64,000 nucleotides of DNA from Planktomarina sp. (GTDB lineage: Bacteria; Pseudomonadota; Alphaproteobacteria; Rhodobacterales; Rhodobacteraceae): the NCBI GenBank assembly GCA_028822275.1, contig JAPKEA010000001.1:3588-67587 (forward strand). Direction: 5' to 3'. Position 1 is the stretch's first letter, and each line of letters opens with the position of its first letter. The translations under genes and the position numbers were made by a program. Below the pieces are notes generated by a model that saw only the letters and a list, made by a program, of their open reading frames with translations, ran no database searches and was not told the origin of the DNA. Below are positions 50,465 to 62,038 of the stretch, one piece after another.

Positions 50465-51841
50465 ATGGCACAGAATCCACCAAACATCCGCCCAGATATA
50501 GCTCCAAAAGTTAGGATCGACACTCCTCGCCCCGGTCAGCCGACAATCGGCATGGTTTCATTGGGTTGCCCCAAAGCTTTGGTAGACAGTGAACGCATAC
50601 TCACCCGTCTAAGAGCGGAAGGCTATGCTATCAGCCCTGACTATTCCGGCGCAGAAGCAGTAATTGTGAACACCTGCGGATTTCTCGACAGCGCTAAAGC
50701 AGAAAGTCTCGAGGCGATTGGTGAAGCACTCGACCAAAACGGCAAGGTTATTGTAACCGGCTGTCTCGGAGCTGAGCCTGAATACATTACCGGTGCGCAT
50801 CCAAAGGTTCTGGCCGTTACGGGCCCACATCAATATGAGCAAGTTCTTGATGCTGTGCATGCCGTTGTCCCACCCAGCCCTGATCCCTTCGTTGATCTTC
50901 TGCCAGCCTCCGGTGTCTCTTTGACACCACGCCATTACAGCTATTTGAAGATTTCTGAAGGCTGCAATCATAAGTGCAAATTCTGCATCATTCCAGATAT
51001 GCGAGGCAAACTTGCAAGTCGTCCACCGCGGGCCATCTTACGAGAAGCAGAAAAACTTGTTGAAGCTGGCGTCCGCGAGCTATTGGTAATTTCCCAAGAT
51101 ACCAGTGCATATGGCATTGATATTAAAAATCAAAAATTGGGTGATATCACTCCACACATTACTGATTTGGCCCGTGAATTGGGACAGCTAGGGGCATGGG
51201 TGCGGCTGCATTATGTCTACCCCTACCCACACGTACGCAAACTTATCCCCCTGATGGCAGACGGGTTGATCTTGCCGTATCTCGATATTCCGTTTCAACA
51301 TGCACATCCGAATGTGCTGAAACGTATGGCACGCCCTGCGGCAGCGTCGAAGACCTTGGATGAGATCTCAGCTTGGCGTTCAGATTGCCCAGATATCACC
51401 CTGCGCTCAACTTTCATTGTGGGCTTCCCAGGTGAGACTGAGGAGGAATTCCAAACCCTACTCGATTGGATGGATGAGGCGCAATTAGACCGCGTCGGAT
51501 GTTTTCAGTATGAGAATGTATCCGGTGCACGATCGAACACCCTACCAGATCATGTTCCTGCAGAAGTTAAGCAGGAACGTTGGGACCAGTTTATGGAGAA
51601 AGCGCAGGCTATCTCCGCATCGAAGCTCGAGGCCAAAGTTGGGTCAGTCATCGAAGTGATTGTTGATGACGTCGACGCCGATGGCATCGCAACTTGCCGG
51701 ACCAAGGCAGACGCTCCCGAAATCGATGGTAACCTGTTTATCGACGAAAACGCCTCAACCCTAACCCCTGGCGATATCGTAACCGTTGAAGTGGAAGAAG
51801 CTGGTGAATATGACCTATGGGGCCGTTTGGTGGAAGTTTAG
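50465..51841 (+). CDS. rimO: Ribosomal protein S12 methylthiotransferase
   Basis: [27 protein letters not shown] radical-SAM motif, TRAM DAPEIDG. Confidence 0.97.
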   Translation: MAQNPPNIRPDIAPKVRIDTPRPGQPTIGMVSLGCPKALVDSERILTRLRAEGYAISPDYSGAEAVIVNTCGFLDSAKAESLEAIGEALDQNGKVIVTGCLGAEPEYITGAHPKVLAVTGPHQYEQVLDAVHAVVPPSPDPFVDLLPASGVSLTPRHYSYLKISEGCNHKCKFCIIPDMRGKLASRPPRAILREAEKLVEAGVRELLVISQDTSAYGIDIKNQKLGDITPHITDLARELGQLGAWVRLHYVYPYPHVRKLIPLMADGLILPYLDIPFQHAHPNVLKRMARPAAASKTLDEISAWRSDCPDITLRSTFIVGFPGETEEEFQTLLDWMDEAQLDRVGCFQYENVSGARSNTLPDHVPAEVKQERWDQFMEKAQAISASKLEAKVGSVIEVIVDDVDADGIATCRTKADAPEIDGNLFIDENASTLTPGDIVTVEVEEAGEYDLWGRLVEV

Positions 51842-51981
51842 CCGCCAGTCTATTAAAGAATGGGTGCGTTATTTACGAAATTCTCAAGAAGATAGTACGT
51901 TTTTATCGTTCCAGAAAATAATGGTTTTTAAGATTTACAATATTAATTATTTGCGTGATTTGTTTGGTTGATTATAAAAAT

Positions 51982-52329
51982 TTATTTTCTTTCTAGATAT
52001 ATCCTTGTTGCATCTTGAACATGCCTAAATCTATCGCCTCCAAGGTGTTTACCACCATACCAGCGGGTCACGATAATTAATTCGTTTTGTCGCTCAGCAC
52101 GTTCCAACATCCGCAAGATCACCATGCCTGCACCACTTTCCCCGTCATCTGATTTTAACGGTTTTCCATTCAGAAGTACGCCCCAGATATTGTGTGTGGC
52201 CTTCGCGTATTTCTTGTCCCTTTTTAACTCCTTCAACGCTGCATCAATGGAGTGACGGTCTGTGACGGCACAGCCCGTCACCGCATATTTTGAGCCACGA
52301 TCACTGAGAATTACACCAAGTTGTTTCAA
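51982..52329 (-). CDS. YigZ/IMPACT family protein (short form)
   Basis: SDRGSKY, KATHN, DDGESGAG, VTRWYGG.HLGGDRF; start set at TTG 52329. Confidence 0.85.
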   Translation of the reverse strand: MKQLGVILSDRGSKYAVTGCAVTDRHSIDAALKELKRDKKYAKATHNIWGVLLNGKPLKSDDGESGAGMVILRMLERAERQNELIIVTRWYGGKHLGGDRFRHVQDATRIYLERK

Positions 52330-52550
52330 ACAAGATCTACCACTGCGAGGACCAAAATCCCAAGACATAAGGTTATCACACGCAAGATCATATCAATAGG
52401 CAGCCACAGCGCCAATCCAGAAGACGCTAAATCCATGTAAAACCAAAATCGGAAGGAATGCTCCTCACGCCAGGCCGAAATCAACCCAGCAGCTGAAAAC
52501 CTAAAGCGTCCGCAAAATCGACGCCATTCTCGTACCAAAATTTGCTTCAT
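52326..52550 (-). pseudogene. dgkA: Truncated diacylglycerol kinase remnant
   Basis: FSAAGLISAWREEHSFR + two TM helices, then LVLA-VVDLV-stop; lacks the ExxNxAIE and KDxxS segments and TM3. Confidence 0.7.
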
Positions 52551-53245
52551 CTGCCGACCGCCACACGCACAGCCGCAATCCGGGCACTATTTGGCGGATG
52601 CGTTCCTAGAAATTTATTCCCAGGGTCCACAATACGAGTAAAATAAGCGGCACCCAACACGGGATCATATCCAGCCTGAAATGTCATTTTTGCTCCAAGT
52701 CGATCCGCCTCTAGTTCGTAATCCTTGGAATAATTCCGCGCGCCAACAGCAGCACCCATGTCTACAGCAGCATCAACAGACTCTATGGATCCCCCCAGTG
52801 CAGCAGCCAAAACACCAAATATCACTGCCCCACCTTTCGCAGATTTCCTCTGCCTATTAAGATGTCCCAAAATATGATGCGAAGCTTCATGTCCAATAAC
52901 AAAGGCCATTTCGTCCTTGCTACGCATATCCATTAGTAGAGTGAGGCTGAAGCCAAGCACCGGACGTCCATCACTCCTTATAGATTGGAACGCATTCGGT
53001 GGCGCACCGGATCGGCTATCAAGTTCAAAATAAAAGTCACAATTGAGCTTTTTTGTCGCCTGTGCGCAGGTCTCCAATATAACAGGTCGCATGTGCCTTA
53101 GTGCCATGGCAAAGTTCTGTGCCACAGATTCACGTTCACCACTCGTAAAAGCCGGGCGATCAGTCTTTAAAGCCACACCAGTGCTACTGGACTGTACTGA
53201 ACAACCGGCCACAGCCAAAAACAGCAAGCCCACAAACGCACGCAT
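52547..53245 (-). CDS. M48 family metallopeptidase, lipoprotein
   Basis: Lipobox-like VAGC; PNAF, GHEASH (HExxH), ELEAD, GTHP. Confidence 0.9.
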   Translation of the reverse strand: MRAFVGLLFLAVAGCSVQSSSTGVALKTDRPAFTSGERESVAQNFAMALRHMRPVILETCAQATKKLNCDFYFELDSRSGAPPNAFQSIRSDGRPVLGFSLTLLMDMRSKDEMAFVIGHEASHHILGHLNRQRKSAKGGAVIFGVLAAALGGSIESVDAAVDMGAAVGARNYSKDYELEADRLGAKMTFQAGYDPVLGAAYFTRIVDPGNKFLGTHPPNSARIAAVRVAVGR

Positions 53246-53344
53246 ACAGATGCTCTCCTTTTTCTAGACCAGACCTTAGCACCTAATCAAGCCTGGGCCA
53301 GCCCTTTGACTTGCACGACTGCATAATCTGGATAGGGTTATGAC

Positions 53345-53602
53345 ATGTTTACTATTGAGCATGGCTTCGAGGCCACAACTATAACTTTAATCGACGATGC
53401 TGAAGCGCATCTACCTGAAGATGTGACGATCAATACTTTTGACGATTGCGTTACACTCGAACAGTGGGACCCCAGAAGAGACAGATTACACAAAATTAAA
53501 CTCTTTATGAATCAGGCAAAGGGTTTAGCGGCCGCGCTAGACTTAAACGAGGCGTATATCAGCGCCAAGAAAAATGAATTTTGGCCAGAAAAGGGCATGT
53601 GA
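53345..53602 (+). CDS. Conserved small hypothetical protein
   Basis: MFTIEHGFEATTITLIDD resembles a small protein I recall from Rhodobacteraceae; upstream promoter-like element; abuts next gene. Confidence 0.6.
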   Translation: MFTIEHGFEATTITLIDDAEAHLPEDVTINTFDDCVTLEQWDPRRDRLHKIKLFMNQAKGLAAALDLNEAYISAKKNEFWPEKGM

Positions 53603-54700
53603 ATGACAACGGGTTTTTATTGGGATGAGCAATGTTTCTGGTTTTCAGGTGGCAACTACGCCTTCACACAACCTGTTGGCGGATTAGTGCAACCACTGGC
53701 CGCAGGGGGCATACCTGAGAGCCCAGAAACCAAACGGCGCCTAAAAAACTTAATGGACGTCACTGGCCTAACACGCACACTCGTCAATAATAGTGCCAAT
53801 GCGGCCAGTACTGAAACTCTATTGCGGGTGCATCCCCAGTCTTATTTAGAGTCATTTTTTAAGGCATCTCAAGGCGCCGGGGGCGAGCTAGGTCTCCGAA
53901 CTCCTTTTGGTCATGGCGGATACGAGCAGGCAGCCCTATCTACGGGCTTGGCCTGTCGAGCTGTGACCGATGTAATGGCAGGCCAAGTTAAAAATGCCTA
54001 TTCTTTATCGCGTCCGCCAGGCCACCATTGCTTGCCTGACTTCCCCAATGGCTTTTGTTTGTTTGCGAATATAGCTGTGGCTGTCCAAGCCGCCCGAGCC
54101 ATACAGCCAGAGTTGAAAGTCGCAATTTTAGATTGGGATGTCCATCACGGCAACGGTACAGAGGCCATCTTTCTTGAGGACCCCAGTACGTTAACCCTCT
54201 CAATACACCAAGAAAATAACTACCCATTAGATACAGGTGCGGCCGATGTGCGAGGCGTTGATAATAGTAATGTTAATATCCCTCTTCCCCCAGGAGCGGG
54301 CCATAAAACTTACCTCCGTGTTTTTTCTAACATAGTGCGGCCTGCCCTAGATCGGTTCAAACCTGACTTAATAGTAGTTGCATGCGGCTTTGACGCCTCA
54401 TCTATTGACCCGTTATCACGTATGCTAGCGACCGTCGCTACGTTTGCAGCACTGACTAGATCGATAAAACAAGCAGCACATGATCTATGTGGCGATAGAT
54501 TGGTTCTTGTGCATGAAGGCGGCTATTCAGAGGTCTATGTACCGTTTTGCGGCCATGCAACGATTGCCACTCTTGCAGATAGTTTAATCGATGCGCCCGA
54601 TCCGTTTATGACTACATTTGAACGTCGGCAGCCGGCCCAACGCTTTCAAACTGTCTTTGACGAATACATAGACGAACTTGCAGAGTTTCATGCAACGTAG
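53603..54700 (+). CDS. Class II histone deacetylase-like amidohydrolase
   Basis: RPPGHH, GFCLFAN, DWDVHHGNGT, GFDA..DPL, HEGGY. Confidence 0.92.
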   Translation: MTTGFYWDEQCFWFSGGNYAFTQPVGGLVQPLAAGGIPESPETKRRLKNLMDVTGLTRTLVNNSANAASTETLLRVHPQSYLESFFKASQGAGGELGLRTPFGHGGYEQAALSTGLACRAVTDVMAGQVKNAYSLSRPPGHHCLPDFPNGFCLFANIAVAVQAARAIQPELKVAILDWDVHHGNGTEAIFLEDPSTLTLSIHQENNYPLDTGAADVRGVDNSNVNIPLPPGAGHKTYLRVFSNIVRPALDRFKPDLIVVACGFDASSIDPLSRMLATVATFAALTRSIKQAAHDLCGDRLVLVHEGGYSEVYVPFCGHATIATLADSLIDAPDPFMTTFERRQPAQRFQTVFDEYIDELAEFHAT

Positions 54701-54805
54701 CCGTTACTTTAGAAATCCAAATATAGGCAACATTTGTAACAAAATTCGATAACATTCGCTCCTGCCCACTTGTGGAGCGCGTTGGGATGCCCCAAACTTA
54801 AGTTC

Positions 54806-55372
54806 ATGACTGATGCACTTACATTCTTGAAAACTCGCCGCTCGCGACCTGCAAAAATTCTAAAAGGACCAGTGCCTGACAAAGAAGCTCTGGAGGCGCT
54901 TTTAATTGTCGCTGCTAGAACGCCTGATCATGGAAAATTGGAACCATGGCGGTTTGTGGTCCTTGAGCAGGCAGCACTCAGACGTTTAAGCATCCTTGTT
55001 CGAAGCATAGCAGACGCCGCTGGACCTGATATTGTGGACACGGTTAAAACCACCCATCAATTTGAAACAGGGACGTTGGCCGTCGTAGTTATCGAGAGCC
55101 CAAAAGTATGTATAAAATTTCCAGTCATAGAACAAACTTACTCAGCCGGAGCGGTATGTTTATCATTGCTGAACGCAGCACTTGCCAGTGGTTGGGGAGC
55201 AAATTGGCTGTCAGGTTGGGCGTCTCATAATAAGCAATTTCAAAAAGAAGGGCTGGGTATGGAGCCGCATGAAAGCGTAGCAGGAATTATTCATATTGGC
55301 ACAGGCCCTACCCAAATGCCCGATCGCCCTCGGCCTAATGTGACAGCTCTCACACAATGGATTAAAGATTAA
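54806..55372 (+). CDS. Nitroreductase family protein (YdjA-like)
   Basis: TRRS, RTPDHGKLEPWRF, GWGANWLSG. Confidence 0.9.
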   Translation: MTDALTFLKTRRSRPAKILKGPVPDKEALEALLIVAARTPDHGKLEPWRFVVLEQAALRRLSILVRSIADAAGPDIVDTVKTTHQFETGTLAVVVIESPKVCIKFPVIEQTYSAGAVCLSLLNAALASGWGANWLSGWASHNKQFQKEGLGMEPHESVAGIIHIGTGPTQMPDRPRPNVTALTQWIKD

Positions 55373-55485
55373 TTTATCAAAACTTCACAGAAAACACTAT
55401 ACTATATTGCCCAAAGCTTCCCTGTAGGATTATTGATTGCAATGCCACTATTGAGAGACTGATCTCTACTTTACACTTAACAAAT

Positions 55486-55779
55486 CTATCCACCAGTTTG
55501 AGAGACTTCAGGCGTTGCCATCCGATTAAACCAATCAAAATCACGCACAGTAAAAATACCACTCACAATGCTTCCTGCAACGATGACCCAAACAAAAGCG
55601 GCAAAAACCGTCGTAACTAAAAAGCGTTTCTTCATTTGCGGGTTTTCTGGGCTACCCGCATGGGTGCCCGGAACCACTTTACCTAAATCGCCCTGCGTTT
55701 GGAGCCGCAACGGTAGCACAACTAACAGGGTCAGAAACCATATGACGGCGTAGAGAACGATGGCAGATGTAATACCCAT
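55486..55779 (-). CDS. DUF1467 family membrane protein
   Basis: MGITSAIVLYAVIWF...LP...VVPGTHAGSP; follows mce. Confidence 0.8.
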   Translation of the reverse strand: MGITSAIVLYAVIWFLTLLVVLPLRLQTQGDLGKVVPGTHAGSPENPQMKKRFLVTTVFAAFVWVIVAGSIVSGIFTVRDFDWFNRMATPEVSQTGG

Positions 55780-55802
55780 TAAAAATTTTCCTTTAGTTCT
55801 AT

Positions 55803-56207
55803 TTAGACTTGTTCTAGCTCGATTAAGCATCCGTTAAAGTCTTTGGGGTGGAGAAATAGCACAGGTTTACCGTGGGCTCCAATTTTTGGTTCACCACTTC
55901 CTAAAACCCGAGCTCCTTGTACCTGAAGCTGATCTCGTGCAGCAAGGATATCATCAACTTCATAACACATATGGTGAATGCCCCCTGAAGGATTTTTATC
56001 TAGGAAATTTTGGATTGGGGAATCTTCACCCAACGGAAATAAGAGTTCAATTTTCGTATTGGGCAATTCGATAAAAACGACTGTTACACCATGATCAGGC
56101 TCGTCTTTTGCTAAGCCAACTTTGGCACCAAGTGTATTTGCATATTGCGCAGACGCAGCGTCCAAATCGGGCACGGCAATCGCTACATGGTTCAATCTAC
56201 CGATCAT
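55803..56207 (-). CDS. mce: Methylmalonyl-CoA epimerase
   Basis: LNHVAIAVPD, KIEL, GGIHHMCYEV, FLHPKD..G.LIELEQ. Confidence 0.95.
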   Translation of the reverse strand: MIGRLNHVAIAVPDLDAASAQYANTLGAKVGLAKDEPDHGVTVVFIELPNTKIELLFPLGEDSPIQNFLDKNPSGGIHHMCYEVDDILAARDQLQVQGARVLGSGEPKIGAHGKPVLFLHPKDFNGCLIELEQV

Positions 56208-56467
56208 ACTTCTCTCCAAAATCTCTTTGCTTTAAGCGGCACCAGACAACCAATGCAAGGGGGGTTAAAACCACTTTAGAACCTCTCTGGCGAAATCATC
56301 ATAGTTTTAAACCCGAATAAGCGCAGGTGCGCAATTATGCTGTTGGTATGCCTTCGCCCAAGCATAAGTTGAAGTGTAGTTTATTTAGATTACTGAAAAG
56401 CAGACAACATCGCACTACAGTGACCCTCTTGACTATTCTACTCGTAAGGCCTCAAGATATAATGTAT

Positions 56468-58243
56468 TTAGTCAGGCTCAATGACCCGCAAAGACAACTC
56501 GCGCAGCTGTTCATTAATTGGTTCAGAGGGCGCGGACATCATCAAATCTTCGCCACGTTGGTTCATTGGAAACATAATCACTTCGCGGATGTTTGCTTCA
56601 TCAGCTAACAGCATAACGATCCGATCAATACCAGCGGCACACCCCCCGTGAGGCGGAGCACCATATTGGAACGCATTAACCATGCCACCAAAACGCTTTT
56701 TAACTTCTTCTTTGCCGTAACCCGCAATTTCAAAAGCCTTAAACATAATCTCAGGCCGGTGATTTCGAATCGCACCACTGACCAATTCGTAACCATTACA
56801 AGCCAAGTCATATTGATATCCCAGCACTTTTAGGGGATCCCCGTGAAGTGCTTCCATCCCACCTTGTGGCATTGAAAACGGGTTATGCTCAAAGTCTACT
56901 TTACCTGTTTCTGCATCTTTCTCATAAATTGGGAAATCTACGATCCACGCAAATGCAAAACGGTCTTTATCAGTTAGCCCCAGCTCATCGCCTATTTCGT
57001 TGCGCGCACGCCCAGCCACAGCTTCAAATGCTTTCGGTTTTCCGCCCAAGAAGAATGCAGCATCGCCAACGCCCAAACCTAATTGCTGCCGAATTGCCTC
57101 TGTGCGCTCAGGCCCAATGTTCTTAGCCAAAGGCCCTGCGGCCTCCATGCCTTCGCCTTGATCGCGCCAGAAGATGTAGCCCATTCCAGGCAAGCCTTCC
57201 TTTTGCGCAAATGCGTTCATCCGATCACAAAATTTTCGACTGCCACCAGTTTGCGCTGGAATCGCACGAATTTCTGTACCTTCTTGTTCCAAAAGTTTCG
57301 CAAAAATAGCAAAACCAGAACCACTGAAGTGATCAGAAACAACTTGCATTTTAATCGGGTTACGCAAATCTGGTTTATCGCTACCATACCAAAGTGCCGC
57401 GTCACGGTAACTAATTTGCTCCCAAGTTTGGTCGACTTTACGGCCACCGCCAAACTCCTCAAATACACCCGCAATAACAGGTTGGATCGTATCAAATATA
57501 TCCTGCTGCTCAACAAAAGACATCTCAAGGTCCAACTGGTAAAAGTCAGTCGGTGAGCGATCAGCACGCGGGTCTTCATCACGAAAACACGGTGCTATCT
57601 GAAAGTATTTATCATAGCCAGAAACCATTATCAGCTGTTTAAATTGCTGAGGGGCCTGGGGTAGGGCATAGAACTTGCCCGGGTGAAGGCGGGACGGCAC
57701 TAGAAAATCCCGCGCGCCTTCAGGGCTTGAAGCTGTGATGATTGGAGTTTGAAACTCACGGAAACCTTTGTCCCACATGCGTTTTCGCATCGAAGCAACA
57801 ACATCAGACCGCATCTTCATATTATTCTGCAACTTTTCACGGCGCAAATCGAGATAACGGTATTTCAAGCGTGTCTCTTCAGGATATTCCTGCTCACCAA
57901 ATACCATCAAAGGCAATTCTTCTGAAGCGCCCAAAACTTCCATGTCACGGATAAAAACTTCAATTTCACCCGTTGGGATTTTAGGATTTATCAGACCTTC
58001 ATCACGCGCTTTCACTGTGCCATCAATCCGGATACACCATTCGCTGCGCACTTTTTCGATTTCGGCGAAAACTGGACTATCCGGATCACAAAGCACCTGC
58101 GTCATTCCGTAGTGGTCGCGCAAATCTATAAACAAGATGCCACCATGATCACGAACGCGGTGAACCCAGCCGGAGAGACGAATTGCTTCTCCAACGTTAG
58201 CTTTGGTAAGGTCGGCACAAGTGTGGCTACGATAGGCGTGCAT
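56468..58243 (-). CDS. aspS: Aspartate--tRNA ligase
   Basis: YRSHTC, RDHGG..FIDLRD, PEGARDF, CFRDED.RADR, GAPPHGG. Confidence 0.98.
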   Translation of the reverse strand: MHAYRSHTCADLTKANVGEAIRLSGWVHRVRDHGGILFIDLRDHYGMTQVLCDPDSPVFAEIEKVRSEWCIRIDGTVKARDEGLINPKIPTGEIEVFIRDMEVLGASEELPLMVFGEQEYPEETRLKYRYLDLRREKLQNNMKMRSDVVASMRKRMWDKGFREFQTPIITASSPEGARDFLVPSRLHPGKFYALPQAPQQFKQLIMVSGYDKYFQIAPCFRDEDPRADRSPTDFYQLDLEMSFVEQQDIFDTIQPVIAGVFEEFGGGRKVDQTWEQISYRDAALWYGSDKPDLRNPIKMQVVSDHFSGSGFAIFAKLLEQEGTEIRAIPAQTGGSRKFCDRMNAFAQKEGLPGMGYIFWRDQGEGMEAAGPLAKNIGPERTEAIRQQLGLGVGDAAFFLGGKPKAFEAVAGRARNEIGDELGLTDKDRFAFAWIVDFPIYEKDAETGKVDFEHNPFSMPQGGMEALHGDPLKVLGYQYDLACNGYELVSGAIRNHRPEIMFKAFEIAGYGKEEVKKRFGGMVNAFQYGAPPHGGCAAGIDRIVMLLADEANIREVIMFPMNQRGEDLMMSAPSEPINEQLRELSLRVIEPD

Positions 58244-58599
58244 GGTCAAGCTCCTTCAAGCAGTCGCGCTGATACAGCCCGGCACGAACATAAAGTCAAG
58301 GCAATCTGCCATTTTACAGCTGAAACAGAAATAAAATATAGTATGGGATACGCAAGAAACACAGATTTTTTTACAGATTACTTTTGACCACATTTCTCAT
58401 GACACAACACAAGCTGACTAGAAAGATGAGCTAAAAAATGAGCTGGTTTTAAGCATCACCAAATTTTGAAAGCTCCAGAACTTACCTTGGCGCATCAAAG
58501 AAGATAAAGACCAGCTAGATATACCTAAATACCCTTGCACCTGACTCCCTGATATCTATAAGTCAGGACAATTTGCACGCCTACTATGAGGACATAGTG

Positions 58600-61500
58600 A
58601 TGCCAAAGAGAACAGACATTAATTCGATCATGATCATTGGAGCCGGACCAATTATCATTGGCCAAGCGTGTGAGTTCGACTACTCCGGAGCGCAAGCGTG
58701 TAAAGCGCTTCGCGAAGAAGGCTACAGAGTTATCTTAGTAAACTCCAATCCAGCAACGATCATGACAGACCCTGATATGGCTGATGCCACATACATCGAG
58801 CCAATCACACCAGAAACTGTAGCTAAAATCATCGAGATTGAACGCCCCGATGCACTTTTGCCGACGATGGGGGGGCAGACTGGATTGAACACCTCACTAG
58901 CACTGGATGAGATGGGCATTCTTAAAAAATTTGACGTCGAGATGATTGGCGCCAAGCGCCCAGCCATCGAAATGGCTGAAGATCGCAAATTGTTCCGTGA
59001 GGCTATGGACCGCTTAGGTTTAGAAAATCCACGGGCAGCAATTGCAGAAACAATGGAAGAATGCATGGATGCCCTGGAAGGTATTGGTCTTCCTGCAATT
59101 ATACGTCCTGCGTTTACTTTGGGTGGGACAGGCGGCGGTGTAGCATATAATCGTGAAGATTATGAGCACTTCTGCAAGACTGGCCTTGATGCCTCTCCAG
59201 TGAATCAAATTCTCATTGATGAGAGCTTGCTGGGCTGGAAAGAATTCGAAATGGAAGTTGTTCGTGACAAGGCGGATAATGCCATTATCGTATGTGCTAT
59301 CGAGAACATTGACCCGATGGGCGTTCACACAGGGGATAGCATCACTGTGGCGCCGGCCCTGACCCTCACTGATAAAGAATATCAAATCATGCGAAATGCT
59401 AGCATCGCTGTCCTGCGCGAAATTGGTGTTGAAACTGGCGGCTCAAATGTTCAATGGGCGGTTAACCCCAAAGATGGTCGCATGGTTGTCATTGAAATGA
59501 ACCCAAGGGTGTCTCGCTCATCCGCATTGGCTTCAAAAGCGACAGGATTTCCAATCGCAAAAATAGCGGCAAAATTAGCCGTTGGCTATACACTCGATGA
59601 GTTGGATAACGATATCACCAAAGTTACCCCTGCAAGCTTTGAGCCTTCAATTGACTATATTGTTACAAAGATTCCCCGTTTTGCATTTGAGAAATTCCCT
59701 GGCTCGGAAGCCGTGCTTTCAACTGCAATGAAATCCGTGGGTGAGGCTATGGCCATTGGTCGAACATTTCACGAATCTGTACAAAAAGCTTTGGCATCCA
59801 TGGAAACGGGCCTTACAGGTTTTGACGAAGTCACAATCAGCGATATGCCTCCAGACAACCAAATTGTTCTAAAGAACGGTATTTTGGTCGGAGCTAATTC
59901 AGAATCCCAACATGTCATCGACAAAGCGCTCACACGAGAATTGGCTATCCAATCTCCCGATCGCATGCGCGTTATTGCTCACGCAATGCGTTTCGGATTT
60001 TCGGATGATGAACTCTTTGATATTACAAGTTTTGACCATTGGTTTCTTGCGCGTATTCGCGAAATTATTGATGCTGAAGGGTTTGTGAGAACTAATGGGC
60101 TGCCACAAGATGAGCTAGGTTTGCGTCGCCTCAAAATGATGGGCTTTACCGACGGTCGGCTCGCAGTCTTGACAGGTCGAAGCGAAGACGACGTTCGTAA
60201 ATCACGCTATGCAGTTGGCGTAGTATCTGTTTTCAAGCGGATAGACACTTGCGCCGCTGAGTTTGAAGCACAGACACCATACATGTATTCTACGTATGAA
60301 GCCCCAGCGATGGGCACAACAGAGTGCGAAGCACGCCCATCAGATCGTAAAAAAGTTGTCATTCTTGGCGGTGGCCCAAATCGTATTGGGCAGGGTATTG
60401 AGTTTGATTACTGCTGCTGTCATGCCTGTTATTCTCTGACGGATCAGGGCTATGAAACTATCATGATCAATTGCAATCCAGAAACAGTTAGCACGGATTA
60501 TGATACCTCAGATCGTTTATATTTTGAACCTCTTACCTATGAGCATGTGATGGAAATCCTGCGCGTTGAGCAAGAGAATGGTACGTTGCACGGAGTTATT
60601 GTTCAATTTGGAGGTCAAACTCCTTTGAAATTGGCAAACGCACTTGAAGAAGCGGGTATTCCGATTTTAGGCACAAGTCCGGATGCCATCGATTTGGCAG
60701 AGGATCGAGAAAGGTTTCAAGATCTAGTAACTAAGCTTGATCTCAAGCAACCAACTAACGGCATTGCACGATCAGATGCTGAAGCTTTTAAGATTGCTTC
60801 AAAGATTGGCTTTCCTTTGGTTATTCGCCCCTCGTACGTTTTGGGTGGGCGGGCGATGGAAATCGTGCGTGATCAAAGCAATCTGGAACGCTATATATCA
60901 GAAGCGGTTGTCGTTTCCGGTGACAGTCCTGTTTTACTTGATAGTTATCTGTCTGGCGCCATAGAAATTGATGTGGATGCACTATGTGACGGTAAAAACG
61001 TTCATATCGCTGGCATCATGCAGCACATTGAAGAAGCCGGAGTTCACTCTGGTGATAGTGCTTGCTCATTGCCTCCGTATTCATTGTCAGACGAAGTCAT
61101 TGATGAGCTCAAAAAACAAACTGAAGCTTTGGCTCTCGCTTTAAATGTTGTGGGTCTTATGAACATCCAATTTGCAATTAAAGATCAGGACATCTACCTT
61201 ATCGAGGTTAACCCTCGCGCCAGTCGGACAGTTCCGTTTGTCGCAAAAGCCGTCCGCAGCCCAATTGCCAGCATCGCGGCTCGGATTATGGCGGGTGAGC
61301 CTTTAAATAATTTTGACCTTATTGATCCATCCACTATCAAAGGATTCGCTGTAAAAGAGGCTGTTCTTCCATTCGCACGGTTCCCAGGTGTTGATACCCT
61401 GCTTGGCCCAGAAATGCGCTCAACTGGCGAGGTGATGGGATTCGACAGTAAGTTCCACCGCGCGTTTTATAAAGCTCAGCTTGGCGCGGGTACAACGCTA

Positions 61501-61896
61501 CCCACGTCTGGCACGGTCTTCTTGTCGATTAAGGAAGATGATAAAGGCGTAAAGCTTTTAGAAGCAGCAAAATGCTTGCGAGACATGGGTTTCAATTTAA
61601 CCGCTACCCGCGGCACAGCCAAATACCTTGCAGAGGCAGGCATAGAAAGTGCTGTGGTAAATAAGGTCTATGAAGGCCGACCCAATATTGTCGACCAAAT
61701 CAAAGACGGTGGCATCGATCTGATCCTCAACACAACCGAAGGATCTCAGGCTATTGAAGATAGCCGTGGCATGCGCAACTCCGCATTGATGGATAAAGTA
61801 CCCTATTACACAACCCTCGCCGCCAGTCATGCAGCCGCCTTCGCGATAAAAGCGCATTCCGAAGGGGATATCGGGGTCAAAGCATTACAGGGCTAG
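58600..61896 (+). CDS. carB: Carbamoyl-phosphate synthase large subunit
   Basis: MPKRTD...[50 protein letters not shown] domain. Confidence 0.99.
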   Translation: MPKRTDINSIMIIGAGPIIIGQACEFDYSGAQACKALREEGYRVILVNSNPATIMTDPDMADATYIEPITPETVAKIIEIERPDALLPTMGGQTGLNTSLALDEMGILKKFDVEMIGAKRPAIEMAEDRKLFREAMDRLGLENPRAAIAETMEECMDALEGIGLPAIIRPAFTLGGTGGGVAYNREDYEHFCKTGLDASPVNQILIDESLLGWKEFEMEVVRDKADNAIIVCAIENIDPMGVHTGDSITVAPALTLTDKEYQIMRNASIAVLREIGVETGGSNVQWAVNPKDGRMVVIEMNPRVSRSSALASKATGFPIAKIAAKLAVGYTLDELDNDITKVTPASFEPSIDYIVTKIPRFAFEKFPGSEAVLSTAMKSVGEAMAIGRTFHESVQKALASMETGLTGFDEVTISDMPPDNQIVLKNGILVGANSESQHVIDKALTRELAIQSPDRMRVIAHAMRFGFSDDELFDITSFDHWFLARIREIIDAEGFVRTNGLPQDELGLRRLKMMGFTDGRLAVLTGRSEDDVRKSRYAVGVVSVFKRIDTCAAEFEAQTPYMYSTYEAPAMGTTECEARPSDRKKVVILGGGPNRIGQGIEFDYCCCHACYSLTDQGYETIMINCNPETVSTDYDTSDRLYFEPLTYEHVMEILRVEQENGTLHGVIVQFGGQTPLKLANALEEAGIPILGTSPDAIDLAEDRERFQDLVTKLDLKQPTNGIARSDAEAFKIASKIGFPLVIRPSYVLGGRAMEIVRDQSNLERYISEAVVVSGDSPVLLDSYLSGAIEIDVDALCDGKNVHIAGIMQHIEEAGVHSGDSACSLPPYSLSDEVIDELKKQTEALALALNVVGLMNIQFAIKDQDIYLIEVNPRASRTVPFVAKAVRSPIASIAARIMAGEPLNNFDLIDPSTIKGFAVKEAVLPFARFPGVDTLLGPEMRSTGEVMGFDSKFHRAFYKAQLGAGTTLPTSGTVFLSIKEDDKGVKLLEAAKCLRDMGFNLTATRGTAKYLAEAGIESAVVNKVYEGRPNIVDQIKDGGIDLILNTTEGSQAIEDSRGMRNSALMDKVPYYTTLAASHAAAFAIKAHSEGDIGVKALQG

Positions 61897-62038
61897 GGCC
61901 TCTGAATGAATTGAAATGAAGTATTTTAAAATACCAAATTTATCGAAAACAGTTGCGCTGAAAGTTCTCTCAGAAATGCCGCATCATTGCGTTAGCAAAT
62001 CACTTGCATCGCCCCAGTGGTGCGGGGCATAAATCGGC

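Noticed and set aside
56220-56467. CtrA-like TTAA-N7-TTAG (56265-56279) and ORF 56327-56608 as a possible response-regulator remnant
   Set aside because: Imperfect motif; the ORF is mostly antisense to aspS and has no receiver-domain signature.
11246-61857. Many 60-180 aa ORFs antisense to or nested in housekeeping genes (e.g. 11246-11755, 23752-24225, 41034-41564, 49794-50258, 57083-57556)
   Set aside because: Shadow ORFs of well-supported genes, with no motifs or RBS support.
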